64,000 nucleotides of DNA from an uncultured Methanosarcinaceae archaeon (GCA_963727895.1 CAVSHT010000006.1:44767-108766); one strand, 5' to 3'. Shown: positions 33,413 through 45,109, counted from the stretch's first letter. The notes: generated from the sequence alone by a model not told the origin. A program made the numbers and translations.

Positions 33413-34625
33413 GCCTGACAATAAGACCTATATGTACAAAACCAGATTACCTTGCATGAATGAACCAGAATTTAGTATAAAACAGGCTCTTAAGGAAGCA
33501 GGAACTGATGCGTACCTTATGACAGGAAATCTTCATAATTCAGATATTTATTACGTGACTCATTTCCTCGCTTCCGATGATTTTGCATACTTACAAACGG
33601 ATGAAGGTAAAGAGGTACTTTTTATTTCGGATATGGAAAAGGGAAGGGCTCAAATTGAGTCAAGGGTTCCCACGATAAAAACATTGCAGGATCTGGGTTA
33701 CAGGGAGAAGTTGAAGGAAAAGAAAGATCCATCTATTGCTTATGCAGCCTGCATATCTGAGTTACTTGCAGAAAATGAAATAAAAAAAGTTGCAGTACCT
33801 TATGATTTTCCGGTGTTTGAATCAAATTGCCTCAAAGAAGCAGGTTTCTCCATAATACCCATAAAAAGTCCATTTAGAAAAATCCGGAGCTTAAAAAGTC
33901 CAGACGAAATTGAAGCCATAAAATACGCCCAGATGGCTGGAGAAAAATCTATGGAAGCCGCAATAGCTTTGATAAAAGAAGCAGAAGTAAAAGAAGGCTT
34001 TCTATACCATGCAGGGGAGGTATTGACAGGCGCTAAAGTGCTTTCGGTCATAGATCATACTCTTCTTGACTATGGTTGTGAAGCTGAAGAGACTATTGTT
34101 TCATGTGGACAGGATACTGCAAATCCTCATGGAACTACAGATGGTCCTCTAAGTGCAAATGCTCCAATTATCCTGGATATTTTCCCAAAAAGCAAAAAGA
34201 AACGTTATTTTGCAGATATGACCCGCACGGTTCTGCACGGAGAGGCTTCGGAAGAGCTCAAAAAGATGTACGAAACTGTACTTGCAGCCCAGAAAAAGGG
34301 ATTTGAGATGATTAAGCCAGGAGTGAAAGCTTCAGATGTTCATAATGCCGTCTGCGATTACTTTGAATCAAATGGTTATGATACTTACAGAACTGGGTCA
34401 AAAGTTGGGTTTATCCACTCGACAGGACATGGAGTTGGACTTGATATCCATGAATTGCCGAGTGTTGGAGAAAATGGAACTCTGCTTGAGGCAGGTAATG
34501 TGATCACTGTCGAACCTGGTCTGTACTATCCTGGGATTGGTGGCATACGAATCGAGGATATGGTCCTGGTCACTGAAAATGGATTTAAGAATTTTACAGG
34601 ATTAGAAAAGAGATTTGTATTATAA
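33402..34625 (+). CDS. Xaa-Pro aminopeptidase/dipeptidase (M24B)
   Basis: PHG, LDIFP, YFADMTRT, HSTGHGVGLDIHE.P, TVEPGLY...GGIRIED. Confidence 0.92.
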   Translation: MKNKPDNKTYMYKTRLPCMNEPEFSIKQALKEAGTDAYLMTGNLHNSDIYYVTHFLASDDFAYLQTDEGKEVLFISDMEKGRAQIESRVPTIKTLQDLGYREKLKEKKDPSIAYAACISELLAENEIKKVAVPYDFPVFESNCLKEAGFSIIPIKSPFRKIRSLKSPDEIEAIKYAQMAGEKSMEAAIALIKEAEVKEGFLYHAGEVLTGAKVLSVIDHTLLDYGCEAEETIVSCGQDTANPHGTTDGPLSANAPIILDIFPKSKKKRYFADMTRTVLHGEASEELKKMYETVLAAQKKGFEMIKPGVKASDVHNAVCDYFESNGYDTYRTGSKVGFIHSTGHGVGLDIHELPSVGENGTLLEAGNVITVEPGLYYPGIGGIRIEDMVLVTENGFKNFTGLEKRFVL

Positions 34626-34997
34626 CAGATTTATAACAGATTTACAATTTAAACTATTTGTTTTATTCTCGTATACGCATTTAACAATATCTAATCTGGT
34701 TATCTAGAAGATAATTTATTTAAATCAAAAGTTTATGGCTTAATATTAAACGCCGTTGTTAACACATTCAGGAACTACTATTAATCCAATAATTAGAATA
34801 TATTCCAATACATAACTTTAGATTACAATAAAGCAATTCGATGAGATCTCAGTATATTTCCACTTATATTTTAATAGTTTAGATGTTTAATTGAGATCTT
34901 AGTATAATTAATAATTCCAGTATGTTTCAATAAGATTTCAATAGATTATCCAAAGTTTACAATAAATGTCTAACAAAATTATCTAAAAGGGGTTAAC

Positions 34998-35888
34998 ATG
35001 ACTGATAATGTGCATAACAAACAAGAAATTCTTGAGAAATACAGGGAAGCAGGCAGGATCTTGAAAATTGTCAGAGATGAAGCCGTGGAAATGGTTCGGG
35101 TAGGAAATACTCTGCTTCAAGTTGCGGAATTTGTAGAAAATAAGACTATAGAGCTTGGAGGCAGACCTGCTTTTCCCTGTAATCTTTCTAGAAATCAAGA
35201 GGCTGCACATGCAACCCCGAAGATCGGAGATACTGATGTATTTGATAAAGATATGGTTAAGCTGGATCTTGGAGTCCACGTAGATGGATATGTTGCAGAT
35301 TCGGCTGTAACTGTTGATTTATCCGAAAATTCTGATATCTTAAAAGCTGCTGAGGGAGCTCTTGCTGCTGCTATTGAGTTTGCAAAACCGGGAGTTACTA
35401 CAGGGGAAATTGGTGCTGTAATTGAGAATAGCATTCGTAGTTACGGTCTGAACCCGATAATTAACCTGACAGGACATGGGCTTTCTCAGTACGAAGCTCA
35501 TGATGACCCTGCTGTTCCTAACCGACATGTGGAAGGAGGAGCTATTTTAAAGGAAGGAGATGTGCTTGCAATAGAGCCTTTTGCAACGAATGGAGCAGGT
35601 CTTGTTCATGACGGAAGTTGGGCTGAGATTTACAGCCTTGTAAGAAAAAAACCGGTTCGCATGCCTGCGGTCAGAAATGTCCTGAAACAGGTCGAAGAAT
35701 ACAGGGAACTTCCTTTTGCAAAGCGCTGGCTTGAATCTGACAGGCTGGATTTCTCTTTGATCCAGCTTGAAAAGGCAGGAATTATCCACTCTTATCCAGT
35801 ACTTCTTGAAAGCACAGGCGGGCTTGTAGCTCAGGCTGAACACACTATCATCATAACTGAAGATGGCTGCGAGGTCACAACAAAATAA
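34998..35888 (+). CDS. map: Methionine aminopeptidase type II
   Basis: PAFPCN.S.N..AAH.TP, KLDLGVHVDGY.AD, NLTGH, AIEPFAT, VAQ.EHT. Confidence 0.96.
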   Translation: MTDNVHNKQEILEKYREAGRILKIVRDEAVEMVRVGNTLLQVAEFVENKTIELGGRPAFPCNLSRNQEAAHATPKIGDTDVFDKDMVKLDLGVHVDGYVADSAVTVDLSENSDILKAAEGALAAAIEFAKPGVTTGEIGAVIENSIRSYGLNPIINLTGHGLSQYEAHDDPAVPNRHVEGGAILKEGDVLAIEPFATNGAGLVHDGSWAEIYSLVRKKPVRMPAVRNVLKQVEEYRELPFAKRWLESDRLDFSLIQLEKAGIIHSYPVLLESTGGLVAQAEHTIIITEDGCEVTTK

Positions 35889-35922
35889 AATCTAAGAAAT
35901 AAGAGAGTAAAACTTGAAAAAC

Positions 35923-36007
35923 AAAGAAAAAGTAAAAAAGAAAAAGTAAAAAAGAAAAAGTAAAAAAGAAAAAGTAAAAAAGAAAAAGTAAAAAAGAAAA
36001 AGTAAAA
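35923..36007. repeat. 14-bp tandem repeat GTAAAAAAGAAAAA, about 6 copies
   Basis: GT recurs at 35932, 35946, 35960, 35974, 35988, 36002. Confidence 0.9.
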
Positions 36008-36050
36008 CCGGATACAAAAAGGAGAATATAAGGTAGTCATAGAGTAAAAA

Positions 36051-36117
36051 ATAATTCAAAAATAATTCAAAAATAATTCAAAAATAATTCAAAAATAATT
36101 CAAAAAATGATTCAAAA
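36051..36117. repeat. 11-bp tandem repeat ATAATTCAAAA x5 plus a variant copy (ATGATTCAAAA) carrying the start codon
   Basis: Perfect units at 36051, 36062, 36073, 36084, 36095; variant at 36107. Confidence 0.9.
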
Positions 36118-36937
36118 AAGATTCGAGTTGAGCGCCTTGAAAACACATAACCTTTTTTTAACCGGTTTTCTGTTAATTTCTTTTTTTATACCTATCTTTT
36201 TGACAGAACCCTGTTCTGCTTCTTTTGTAACCACTAATAATATCACACTGGAAAAGAGCGGAATGACCTGGGATTATCAAGAAAAAATTACAGGTAATGA
36301 CTCCGTTGTTTTCAGAGCTTTGATAGATCTGGAGGAAGGGAACCGTGATAATTTTGTCAATGCATGGGAAATCTTTAAAGCGGAAACTTCTCTTCGAGAT
36401 AAAATGATTGAAGATCTAAAAGCAAAACCTGACGTGAAATTCAATGGAACTTCAGAACCTGTTAAAGTAACAGACGTTGACTTTAGTCTTTCAGATGGAG
36501 CTCTGGGCAGGACTTTTAAAAACTCCTCAATTACTAATTCTGCAAGTGTAAGTTATATTTTCGAGAAGGAGATTGGTCAGGGGACCAGTATATGGATTCA
36601 GGGTACTCCAAATTCAAATGTTACAATCAATTTGCCTTCAAACCTCAGTGTATCAAGAACAGAAGGGCTGAATAATAAGATTCAGGATTCTGATGGTAAT
36701 TTTACAGTTCTTAAAGGCACTTTTGACCCGAAAGAGAATGTTACTATCTGGGTTTCAGAAAATAAAAGCTCTAAACCTGAGTTAAAAAAGAATAACGAAA
36801 CTATTGCACAGAATGTAACAAATGAGAGTACAAAAAAGGAAAATAAGTCCATAGCTATTGGAGATTACGTAGAAATACGAAGCTTTTTAGGGCATTTGAC
36901 AGATAATATCTTTAAAGGTGTTTTTCATATTTTTTAA
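36107..36937 (+). CDS. Secreted/cell-surface hypothetical glycoprotein
   Basis: Signal peptide ending PCSA; many N-x-S/T sequons; D...GN.D.FVNAWE motif. Confidence 0.7.
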   Translation: MIQKRFELSALKTHNLFLTGFLLISFFIPIFLTEPCSASFVTTNNITLEKSGMTWDYQEKITGNDSVVFRALIDLEEGNRDNFVNAWEIFKAETSLRDKMIEDLKAKPDVKFNGTSEPVKVTDVDFSLSDGALGRTFKNSSITNSASVSYIFEKEIGQGTSIWIQGTPNSNVTINLPSNLSVSRTEGLNNKIQDSDGNFTVLKGTFDPKENVTIWVSENKSSKPELKKNNETIAQNVTNESTKKENKSIAIGDYVEIRSFLGHLTDNIFKGVFHIF

Positions 36938-36978
36938 GCCCAAAAAATTAATCTGTCTTGAAGCTTATTCTGAAAAAT

Positions 36979-37266
36979 ATGCTTATTGAACAAATTCAAC
37001 TTGAAAATGGATGTGCTCTTGGTCTTCGCTTTGAAATGCAGAAATATCCTCTTCTGGTTATAAGGGCAGAGAAAGGCTTTCTTATGTGTGGATACCTGAA
37101 TGTAAGTGCTGCAGAGTCACTTGGAGATGCAGCAGCAAAGGTAAAAGGCGTACAGAGCTTTGAAGATATGCTCAAAGCTCAGGTTGTTGAAGTTACCCAG
37201 CAAGCCAGAGAACTCGGAATCGAATCTGGAATTACTGGCAAAGAAGCTCTAGAAAAAATGTTTTGA
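36979..37266 (+). CDS. YunC/DUF1805 family protein
   Basis: PLLVI.AEKGFLMCGYL....AE.LGD.AA.V.GV..FEDML. Confidence 0.88.
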   Translation: MLIEQIQLENGCALGLRFEMQKYPLLVIRAEKGFLMCGYLNVSAAESLGDAAAKVKGVQSFEDMLKAQVVEVTQQARELGIESGITGKEALEKMF

Positions 37267-37670
37267 GGAAAGAGACTGCGTTTTATTGATACACAATAAG
37301 GCAGAATTTACGGATTTTGTATCTTGAATCGATATTGAAATTTATGTTTGCACTTTTATACTTATTTATTTCAGTTGCATATGCTTTTTTCTAGATGTCT
37401 ATATCCCTATATTTTGTGCGAATTGTAGGATTCGAATCCAAGTTTCAAAATCGACCGATTACTGACTAACAATTTGCCTAGATAAGTCCTCATTGAAAGA
37501 TGTATGAATACTTTCATACTGCATTTAACATTTATATATAAAGTTTGTAATAATCTTACCTAACAAAATTGAAAATTTCAACTGATCTTAAACTGTGTTT
37601 TTGTCTGCTTGGGTATTAACTATTTTTGTCCAGTTGTAGTACAGTATATCAAAATCAGTAGTTGGTGTTT

Positions 37671-38544
37671 ATGCCTAGAAAAGGGAAAGATGTTGAGGAA
37701 ATTGTTGAAAAGCTTAATAAATTAATTTTAGGTCCAGAATGGGAAATTAAATCTCCTGATTATATAATAGATAAAATTACTGGACAGTTACGTGAAGTTG
37801 ATGTCTCGATAAGACGTAAAGCAGATTACCTACCGATATTAATGATAGTAGAATGTAGAGACCGTGATATAGAAGACGTTAGATGGATAGAACAACTAGT
37901 AACAAAATGTAATAATCTTGGAGCTGATAAGCTTATCGCTGTCTCATCAACTGGATTTACCGAGCCTGCCAAAAAATCTGCTAAGCATTATGGCATTGTC
38001 ACTCAAGTCTTAAGCAAGATAACTCCAGATGATATAAACTCATGGCTATACGGGAATTCTATAAGTGCTTGCCGTGGTTTTTCACGCCTTATTAATATTA
38101 AATTTGATGTACTGGGCTCTGTAAACTCCTTATAAGCTCCATGAAAAGGATAAGGTGTTCTTATTTGAAAATGAGAAATATAGCATAATTGACATTTTCC
38201 GCATAGAAGTGTTAGATAAACAACCGGATCTTTCCAATGATGTTGATATAGATGGATCTAAAAAAATCAAAACAATCAACTTATCAATTCCATATAAATA
38301 TTGCATCCAGTCAGAAACTTTAGAAATATACAATATAGTTAGCTTTGTTTTTGAGGTAGAGTTATGGTATGAGCAACAAAAAATACCATTTTCGAAAATT
38401 TTCCGTTTTGTTGATGAAGATAAGCCAATTATTGAGTGGGCAGAAACTAAACCAGTTAATGAAGGCAATAGACCAGTCAAGTTTTCATTATCGAAAAGAA
38501 AGAATAGTGATGTTATGAATTTAGGCATTGATTTTTTGGACTAA
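37671..38544 (+). pseudogene. Mrr-like PD-(D/E)XK restriction endonuclease domain protein, frameshifted
   Basis: REVDV...IVECRD (ECK-like), ADK.I.VSSTGFT..A...A...GI motifs; 38155..38544 is in a different frame, shift near 38120-38130. Confidence 0.65.
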
Positions 38545-38663
38545 TATAGGTTCTTGCCGTGAAACCAGAAAATTGTACGCTAAGTATTTACCAATGCTTG
38601 AAAAATATCACATCCAAACACATTTTTTAATATTGTTGAGTTACTCATTTAATATTTATTTTT

Positions 38664-39397
38664 GGTATTGTTAACTAAATATAGTTAACTCTTTATTTCT
38701 TTATTTCATCAATAGAATAACCGAGTACTTTAGCATTTCAAGACTTTTTTATAACACTTTGTCTTTCTTCTCAATCTTGCTAGAAAATGCTCCAATATGC
38801 TGTTATATCCTTCAACAGTATACGTTTCTGCTTTTGATTGAGTATGGATCTTTTCTGGAAGAAACTCTGCATATGCTCTCCAGTGATCTGTCATCACTTC
38901 TCCAATGTCTTTTTTCTTCACTTTTTCCCAGAGTAGTTTTCCAGTTTCTGTTCCTCTGCTGCCAAAAGAGCAGTTGATGAACTTTTTCCCAACTCTATCA
39001 ACAGCAATCCAGATCCAGCAATATTTTTTTTGTTGCCGATGTAAGTGTGCATCTCATCCATTTCAACAATAGATATCTCATTTTCACTTTTTAGGTCCTC
39101 TAAATCCTGACCAAATTTCTTTATCCATCTTTGGACAGAAACATGACTCACCCCTAAAACTCTTCCTATTGAACGAAAGCCCAATCCTTCAAGGTAAAGT
39201 TGTAAAGCCTGTCTTTTTACAGAAGCGGAAAAAGCAGTTGATTTTAGCTCTACTGTATAGTTATATCCACAATCAGAGCATTTGTACCGTTGACGCCCGC
39301 CAACTATACCATTCTTTTTGTAATTAGAACTATTGCATCTGGGGCAGTTAATGAAGAAATATACTTTCTTATATAACTATGTTTAAGTATCAATGAC
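38664..39397 (-). mobile_element. IS1-family insertion sequence, copy 2 (inactivated)
   Basis: Near-identical to 16415..17154; InsA start ATG>ATT, 1-bp deletion in late InsB, short deletion and mismatch near the upstream IR. Confidence 0.92.
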
Positions 39398-39490
39398 AAA
39401 AATACATATTAAAAATCGTAAAAATAATACTAACGAGAAAAATATAGTAAAAAATATAGTAAAAAGAATTATAAGGAAAGGAGAGCTAAA

Positions 39491-40618
39491 TTACTCTTCC
39501 TTTATTATCCTTACAATGTCGTCTCCGACATCTGAGGTTGTACTTTTACCACCCATGTCGTAGGTTTTTACTTTGCTTTCCAGGATGTTTTTCTGGATTG
39601 CATTAACGATAGTGTCTGCAGCTTCCTTTTCTCCAAGCTGTTCTATGAGCATTGCACCTGCCCAGATTGTGGCAATAGGGTTGACCTTGTTCTGTCCTTT
39701 GTACTTAGGAGCTGAACCGTGAATAGGCTCGAACATGCTTGTGCCTTTCGGGTTGATGTTTCCGCCGGGAGCAAGGCCGAGACCGCCCTGGATCATGGCT
39801 CCAAGATCAGTAATAATATCTCCGAACATATTTGGGGTTACGACCACATCGAACCATTCTGGGTTTTTCACAAACCACATTGTGATGGCATCAACAAAGT
39901 TAAAGTCAGTAGTAACATCGGGATGTTTTTCAGAAATTGCATTGAACTCTTCTCTCCAGAAGCCGTAGATATCGGAAAGCACATTTGCTTTGTCTACAGA
40001 CGAAACGTGCTTTTTCCGGTTTTTGGCAAGGTCAAAGGCATACTCGATAACCCTGTCTGTGCCTTCTTTGGAGATAAGACCGATCTGGTATCCTATTTCT
40101 TCGCTGTCGGTTTCGATATCAAGCCCTAATTTTGCAGAGTAGAGCGTTCTTTTTACTTCAAGGAGATCTTTGCTTGTTCCTTTTTTTGCCCTGCCGCCAA
40201 CACCTACGTAAAAGTCCTCAGTGTTTTCCCTGACAACAACAAAATCAATATCTTTTGAGGTTTTGTCTTTGAGAGGAGTCCAGACTCCATCAAGGAGTTT
40301 TATAGGACGAAGGTTTACGTACTCATCAAAGTAAAAGCGCGCAGTTAATAAGATTCCTTTCTCAAGAATACCAGGGACAATCCTTGGATCTCCGATGGAA
40401 CCAAGGTAAATAGCAGAATACCCTGACAATTCCTTTAAAGTATCCTCTGAAATCAGTTCTCCTGTCTCAAGGTAGTGATCTGCTCCATGAGGATATTCAA
40501 TCCATTCTACGTCAAAACCAAATCTTTCGCCGGCAGCATCTATAACTTTTCTGCCTTCAGCGATAATTTCTGGGCCTATCCCGTCACCCGGGAGGACCGG
40601 AGCCTTATACTGCGTCAT
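39491..40618 (-). CDS. leuB: 3-isopropylmalate dehydrogenase (isocitrate/isopropylmalate dehydrogenase family)
   Basis: [43 protein letters not shown]; adjacent to leuD. Confidence 0.82.
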   Translation of the reverse strand: MTQYKAPVLPGDGIGPEIIAEGRKVIDAAGERFGFDVEWIEYPHGADHYLETGELISEDTLKELSGYSAIYLGSIGDPRIVPGILEKGILLTARFYFDEYVNLRPIKLLDGVWTPLKDKTSKDIDFVVVRENTEDFYVGVGGRAKKGTSKDLLEVKRTLYSAKLGLDIETDSEEIGYQIGLISKEGTDRVIEYAFDLAKNRKKHVSSVDKANVLSDIYGFWREEFNAISEKHPDVTTDFNFVDAITMWFVKNPEWFDVVVTPNMFGDIITDLGAMIQGGLGLAPGGNINPKGTSMFEPIHGSAPKYKGQNKVNPIATIWAGAMLIEQLGEKEAADTIVNAIQKNILESKVKTYDMGGKSTTSDVGDDIVRIIKEE

Positions 40619-40701
40619 TATTATACTCCTTTCAAATTTGCAGGCAAAATTGCCTTATTATTGCGAAATATCAAACGCTAACAGAGCTGTTTCTGATGTT
40701 T

Positions 40702-41190
40702 TTAGCGTTCAGCGACCAGCTTTCTAGCATATTCTATAAGCCCTCCTTCATCCACGATTTCACGCACGAAATCAGGAAGAGGAGTTGCCTGATAGGTCTC
40801 ACCTTTTGTCTTGTTTGTTATAACTCCTGTTGCAAGATCAACGTCGAGCTCGTCCCCGTCATCTATTCTATCGGTATCAGGGCATTCAAGAACAGGAACT
40901 CCGATATTAATAGAGTTCCTGAAAAAGATCCTTGCAAAAGATTTTGCAATTACGCAGGCTACCTTTGCTCCTTTGAGGGCAAGAGGCGCATGCTCGCGAG
41001 AGGAACCGCAACCGAAATTGTTTCCTGCAACCACGATGTCATTTTCGTGAACATTTTTTGCAAATTCGGGACGTACGCCTTCAAACGTGTACTTTGCAAG
41101 CTCTTCAGGGGTATTGTAAATAAGGTACCTTCCAGGAATTACTGCATCAGTATCCACGTCATTTCCGAATTTCCAGGCTCTTCCTTTCAT
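40702..41190 (-). CDS. leuD: 3-isopropylmalate dehydratase small subunit
   Basis: [17 protein letters not shown] (YLVY-type rather than YLRT), [23 protein letters not shown]. Confidence 0.88.
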   Translation of the reverse strand: MKGRAWKFGNDVDTDAVIPGRYLIYNTPEELAKYTFEGVRPEFAKNVHENDIVVAGNNFGCGSSREHAPLALKGAKVACVIAKSFARIFFRNSINIGVPVLECPDTDRIDDGDELDVDLATGVITNKTKGETYQATPLPDFVREIVDEGGLIEYARKLVAER

Positions 41191-41585
41191 AAAATCACCG
41201 ATCTTTTGCTGCAATTCACTACTGCTATTATTGAAATATTTACAGCTGTAAATTAGCTGCATTTACAGGGTTCAAGTATCACAGGTATTATTTAAATTAT
41301 TTTCTGGCATGATATAATAAATGGTTAACAATTCTCATCTTTTTACTTGAAAAATAAATTTGGAGGTTTTAAAATAATAAGAAATTGAGAAGTATTCATA
41401 ATTAGAATCTCATTGTTTACAACAAAATAGTGGCAAATAAGTCAAATAATATATAAAAACAGATTAAATATAAACTAACTGGTTTTTAAAAACACATATT
41501 CAGCAAAAATTATGAAGTTGAGAGCTGATCTCAACCTTGAATAGTAAAGTTATCATAAATTAAGACAATTATACAACATATTTGC

Positions 41586-42656
41586 TCAGGATATTATCTT
41601 ATCCAGCTGACCTGTCTGAGCAGCTATTTTGATTTCCCTTGCAATTCTCCTTCCGGTTGAGAGGTTTTCTTCCATCAGATCTGCATAAGGAGAGCCTGAG
41701 ATGTACAGGTTTGTCCCTGCAACAATTCTGGCAGAAATTTCAAAGACCTTGATTTCAAGTTCATCTGTAAAGACTGTTTCAAGACAGAAAGCTCCTATCA
41801 TCCCGCCAAAAAGACCCAGAGATTCTTCAACTACACGTTCTCCAAGAGAGAAGATAAGAGGCAGAAGAGACTCTCTAGCTACCAGAGGAACATTTCCTGT
41901 TACCACATATGTCGGGCGAATACCGGCTTCTACGAGTTCTTTGGGTGAACCGAGCCTGAAGATCTCATCGGCATTGGATTCTACCCTTCGATCCATGCTC
42001 AGGAGTTCAAGGCTGCCTGTACTTAGAGTATATCCTTTGTTTCGGATAGGAGAATAGAAGTAATGCAGATAATAGCGAGTTCCCGTGATAAACTCTTGAA
42101 TTGTATATTTCTGAGTCCGGTCTACGAGTTCATTGAATTCCTCATAAGTTTTTGCGACGAAGAAACCTTTTCCTCCCTGTGCTCCGTCATACTTAACCAT
42201 TACAGGTCCGTTTATATCATGAGGATCATCGATTTTGCCGGGCATGTGAATACCTGCTCCGAGCAGCCATTCCCGTTCCATATTCCTATCAGATTCCCAT
42301 TCGAGAACGGCACGATTCCCAAAAGTAGGTACAGCCATCTCTGCAAAATTTTCCGTGCCAAGGTAAGCAACAAATGAGCCATGAGGGATAATAACGACGT
42401 TTTTCTTTCTAAGCTCTTCAGCCTTATTCATTATATCATCATAGCTTTCGACAATAAGATATTCATCAGGTTTTGCTTTAGGAAATGCTTCATAAAATTT
42501 GGGAGGTTTGCCTAAGCAGATTCCCATAGTTTTGAAGCCTTCCTTTCGAGCTCCATCGAAGATCTGAAGGCTTGAGTGAGAACAAACTGTCGCAATTGTA
42601 ATATTTTTTAAATCGTACTCATTTAGATATTCAAGAACCTGCTGTTTTGTGATCAT
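41586..42656 (-). CDS. purP: Formate-AICAR ligase (ATP-grasp)
   Basis: SHSSLQI..GA..EGF, IPHGSFV.Y, GNR..L.WESDR, FEISARIVAGTN. Confidence 0.93.
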   Translation of the reverse strand: MITKQQVLEYLNEYDLKNITIATVCSHSSLQIFDGARKEGFKTMGICLGKPPKFYEAFPKAKPDEYLIVESYDDIMNKAEELRKKNVVIIPHGSFVAYLGTENFAEMAVPTFGNRAVLEWESDRNMEREWLLGAGIHMPGKIDDPHDINGPVMVKYDGAQGGKGFFVAKTYEEFNELVDRTQKYTIQEFITGTRYYLHYFYSPIRNKGYTLSTGSLELLSMDRRVESNADEIFRLGSPKELVEAGIRPTYVVTGNVPLVARESLLPLIFSLGERVVEESLGLFGGMIGAFCLETVFTDELEIKVFEISARIVAGTNLYISGSPYADLMEENLSTGRRIAREIKIAAQTGQLDKIIS

Positions 42657-43102
42657 GATAGTTACCAGCGGAAAATTTAGAATAGTATATACAATGTTGT
42701 ATTTAAGGTTAAGGTCTTATTTAGGAGAGAGAAATAGCGCTGGATGCATTCCTTCATGAAAATAAAACTTTATATTAAAACCCGTACAAATTAAAAGATA
42801 AACCAAATAATAAAGAGGCAGGTTTATAATCTAGAAAGTAAGCATGGAAGAATTTGAATATCAAGAACAAATATCCACACAAACAAATATTCATACAGGA
42901 AAATTTAGACTCTGTATTTGGACATCTGTATATGGGTATCTCTATCCCACCTAATAGAATGCCGATAAATTAACGAGTTTTAAACACACCTTCGATTCAC
43001 CCGGAAAATTCTAGTTCCTATTCTGTAAAGGTGTATTTTTATAGTATTCGTGCTGATTGTAAGAAAAGGTATATAATAAGAAAAAAGCTAAGTGAGGTTC
43101 TC

Positions 43103-43912
43103 ATGAGAGTCGCTTTAAAACTTGCATACGTAGGCACCCGATTTCACGGCTCCCAGATCCAACCCAATGTTGAGACCGTGGAGGGAGAACTCTTCAAGGC
43201 TCTTCGGAATCTCGGAATTATAGAAAGTCCTAAGTCTGCAAATTATACATGCGCTGGTAGAACCGATGCAGGAGTTCATGCCCTTGGACAGATCGTCGCT
43301 TTTGATACCGATAAACCAAACCTTACAATTCCAAGGATCATAAATTCCGAACTTCACCCAGGAATCTGGGTATGGGCCAACGCAGAAGTACCCCGAAGCT
43401 TTGATGCCAGGAGAGATGCGAGTTCCAGGTACTACCGATATATGATGAGCGGGAAAGAGTACGATATCTCCAAAATACGGGAAGCTTCAAAACTGCTACT
43501 TGGAACTCATGATTTTGAAAACTTTTCAAGGGCCTATGGAGAAAAAAGTACGATTAGAACCATAGAAAGAATCGATGCTCGCGTAGATGGAGACCTTATA
43601 AAAATAGATGTTGTTGGGCATAGTTTCCTATGGAATATGGTCAGAAAAATTGTAACCGCTCTTTCGATGATCGGAAAAGGGATACGTGATAATGACTGGA
43701 TGCTCCAGATGCTGGACCCAGACATTTATGAGGAAGGAATAGAACCTGCTCCTGCATATGGATTAACCCTTCTGAAAGTGAATTATGATGATCAAATCGA
43801 GTGGGTCGAAGATAATTACTCTATAAGAAGAGCGAGTGAACAAAACCATAAACATATCCTCAAACACAGGATTATGGCAGAAGTACTGGAAGAATTGAGT
43901 TATCACGAATAA
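43103..43912 (+). CDS. truA: tRNA pseudouridine(38-40) synthase
   Basis: Y.GT.FHGSQ.QP..TVEG, AGRTDAGVHA.GQ, GTHDF.NF, SFLWNMVR. Confidence 0.95.
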   Translation: MRVALKLAYVGTRFHGSQIQPNVETVEGELFKALRNLGIIESPKSANYTCAGRTDAGVHALGQIVAFDTDKPNLTIPRIINSELHPGIWVWANAEVPRSFDARRDASSRYYRYMMSGKEYDISKIREASKLLLGTHDFENFSRAYGEKSTIRTIERIDARVDGDLIKIDVVGHSFLWNMVRKIVTALSMIGKGIRDNDWMLQMLDPDIYEEGIEPAPAYGLTLLKVNYDDQIEWVEDNYSIRRASEQNHKHILKHRIMAEVLEELSYHE

Positions 43913-44065
43913 AAAATGTTTTTAAAGGAATTATTAATATTCCATATTTTATTTTGAGATTAATTTTCTGTGATTTGTTTCAATTATGGTTTTATTTTTG
44001 CTTTGATTTCTTATTTTCGTGTCCGATTTCATTATTTTCCAGTTTCATTCGTTTTCAGTTTCATC

Positions 44066-45109
44066 TTATAATTCTTTCTGAAAAATGGTTATCGTCCTGG
44101 TAAGGCTTCGATGTACTCTCTGAGCATAGATATTAAGTACCGTAAGACCCGCTTTTTCCCCATATTCCGATGAAGCTTTATCCGAAACCACAATTGCAAT
44201 GCCTCCTGGCTTAAGAATACGCTGGATTTCATTGAGAGAACAGGAATAAAGCTCTTCCAGAGATTCAGCAAGAATTGCTGCTGATCTTCCATAAGGAGGA
44301 TCAGTAACAACTGCGTCTATTGTAGCTTCTTTAAAAGGCATCCTGCAAGCGTCTCCTTCAATCAGGGCATAATCCAGCCGAAAAGCTTCAAGATTCATGA
44401 GAGCGCCTTTAACAAGCTTTTCCTGGGCATCATTTCCTATAACTCTTGCTCCGACAAGCCCGGCTTCAACAAGAATACCTGCAGTACCACAGAAGGGGTC
44501 CAGAATGAGTTCTCCCGGCTTTATTCCCGACAGATTTACGAGAGCGCGTGCAATTCTGGGCATAAGGACTCCAGGATGGAAAAAAGGCTTATTCTGGGGA
44601 TTTCTGGCTTCATATGCGCTTCTGTCAATGGAGGATAGGAGGGTTCCAAACACAGCTTTTTCACTTAAAATGACCCTGAATTCTATATCCGGACTTTTCA
44701 GGTTTGCCCTGAAACCTTTTCTGTAAATGCAGCCTCCGAGTTTCTGTTCCAGAGATTCACCCGGAAAATCTACGTGATGTTTGATGCGCTTTGCTCTGAC
44801 AACAAAACTCTGTCCTTCTCTGATGTAGCCTGAAGGATCAAAGGCTTCTGCAAGTTTCAGGATCGAATCAGGAGTATTTTCGGAAATTTCTACAACTTTC
44901 AGGATATGGTGGGTCATTGCCAGCTTGTCGGTTATCGGACCTTTAAGGATTTTTTCAATATCCTCTTCTTTGCCAGCGACTTCCACTACCAAACACTGGT
45001 CAATAACAATATAAGGCCGGAAATCAAGTCCCTCATTTTTGAGACAGGCAAAGACTTCAACAGCGGGCAGTTTTTCATGTTCTCCAGAGAGTTCAAAAGC
45101 GTATAACAT
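44066..45109 (-). CDS. tRNA (guanine(10)-N2)-methyltransferase, THUMP + MTase (TIGR01177-type)
   Basis: FELSGEH, THUMP region, PFFHPG...PR.ARALVN, LDPFCGT.G, TDPPYGRS, VHRSL.R. Confidence 0.88.
   Translation of the reverse strand: MLYAFELSGEHEKLPAVEVFACLKNEGLDFRPYIVIDQCLVVEVAGKEEDIEKILKGPITDKLAMTHHILKVVEISENTPDSILKLAEAFDPSGYIREGQSFVVRAKRIKHHVDFPGESLEQKLGGCIYRKGFRANLKSPDIEFRVILSEKAVFGTLLSSIDRSAYEARNPQNKPFFHPGVLMPRIARALVNLSGIKPGELILDPFCGTAGILVEAGLVGARVIGNDAQEKLVKGALMNLEAFRLDYALIEGDACRMPFKEATIDAVVTDPPYGRSAAILAESLEELYSCSLNEIQRILKPGGIAIVVSDKASSEYGEKAGLTVLNIYAQRVHRSLTRTITIFQKEL

Noticed and set aside
35831..36040. Phe-rich minus-strand ORF resembling a membrane peptide
   Set aside because: Simply the translation of the 14-bp tandem repeat
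35923..36117. Possible CRISPR array
   Set aside because: Head-to-tail low-complexity units without unique spacers, and no cas genes in the window
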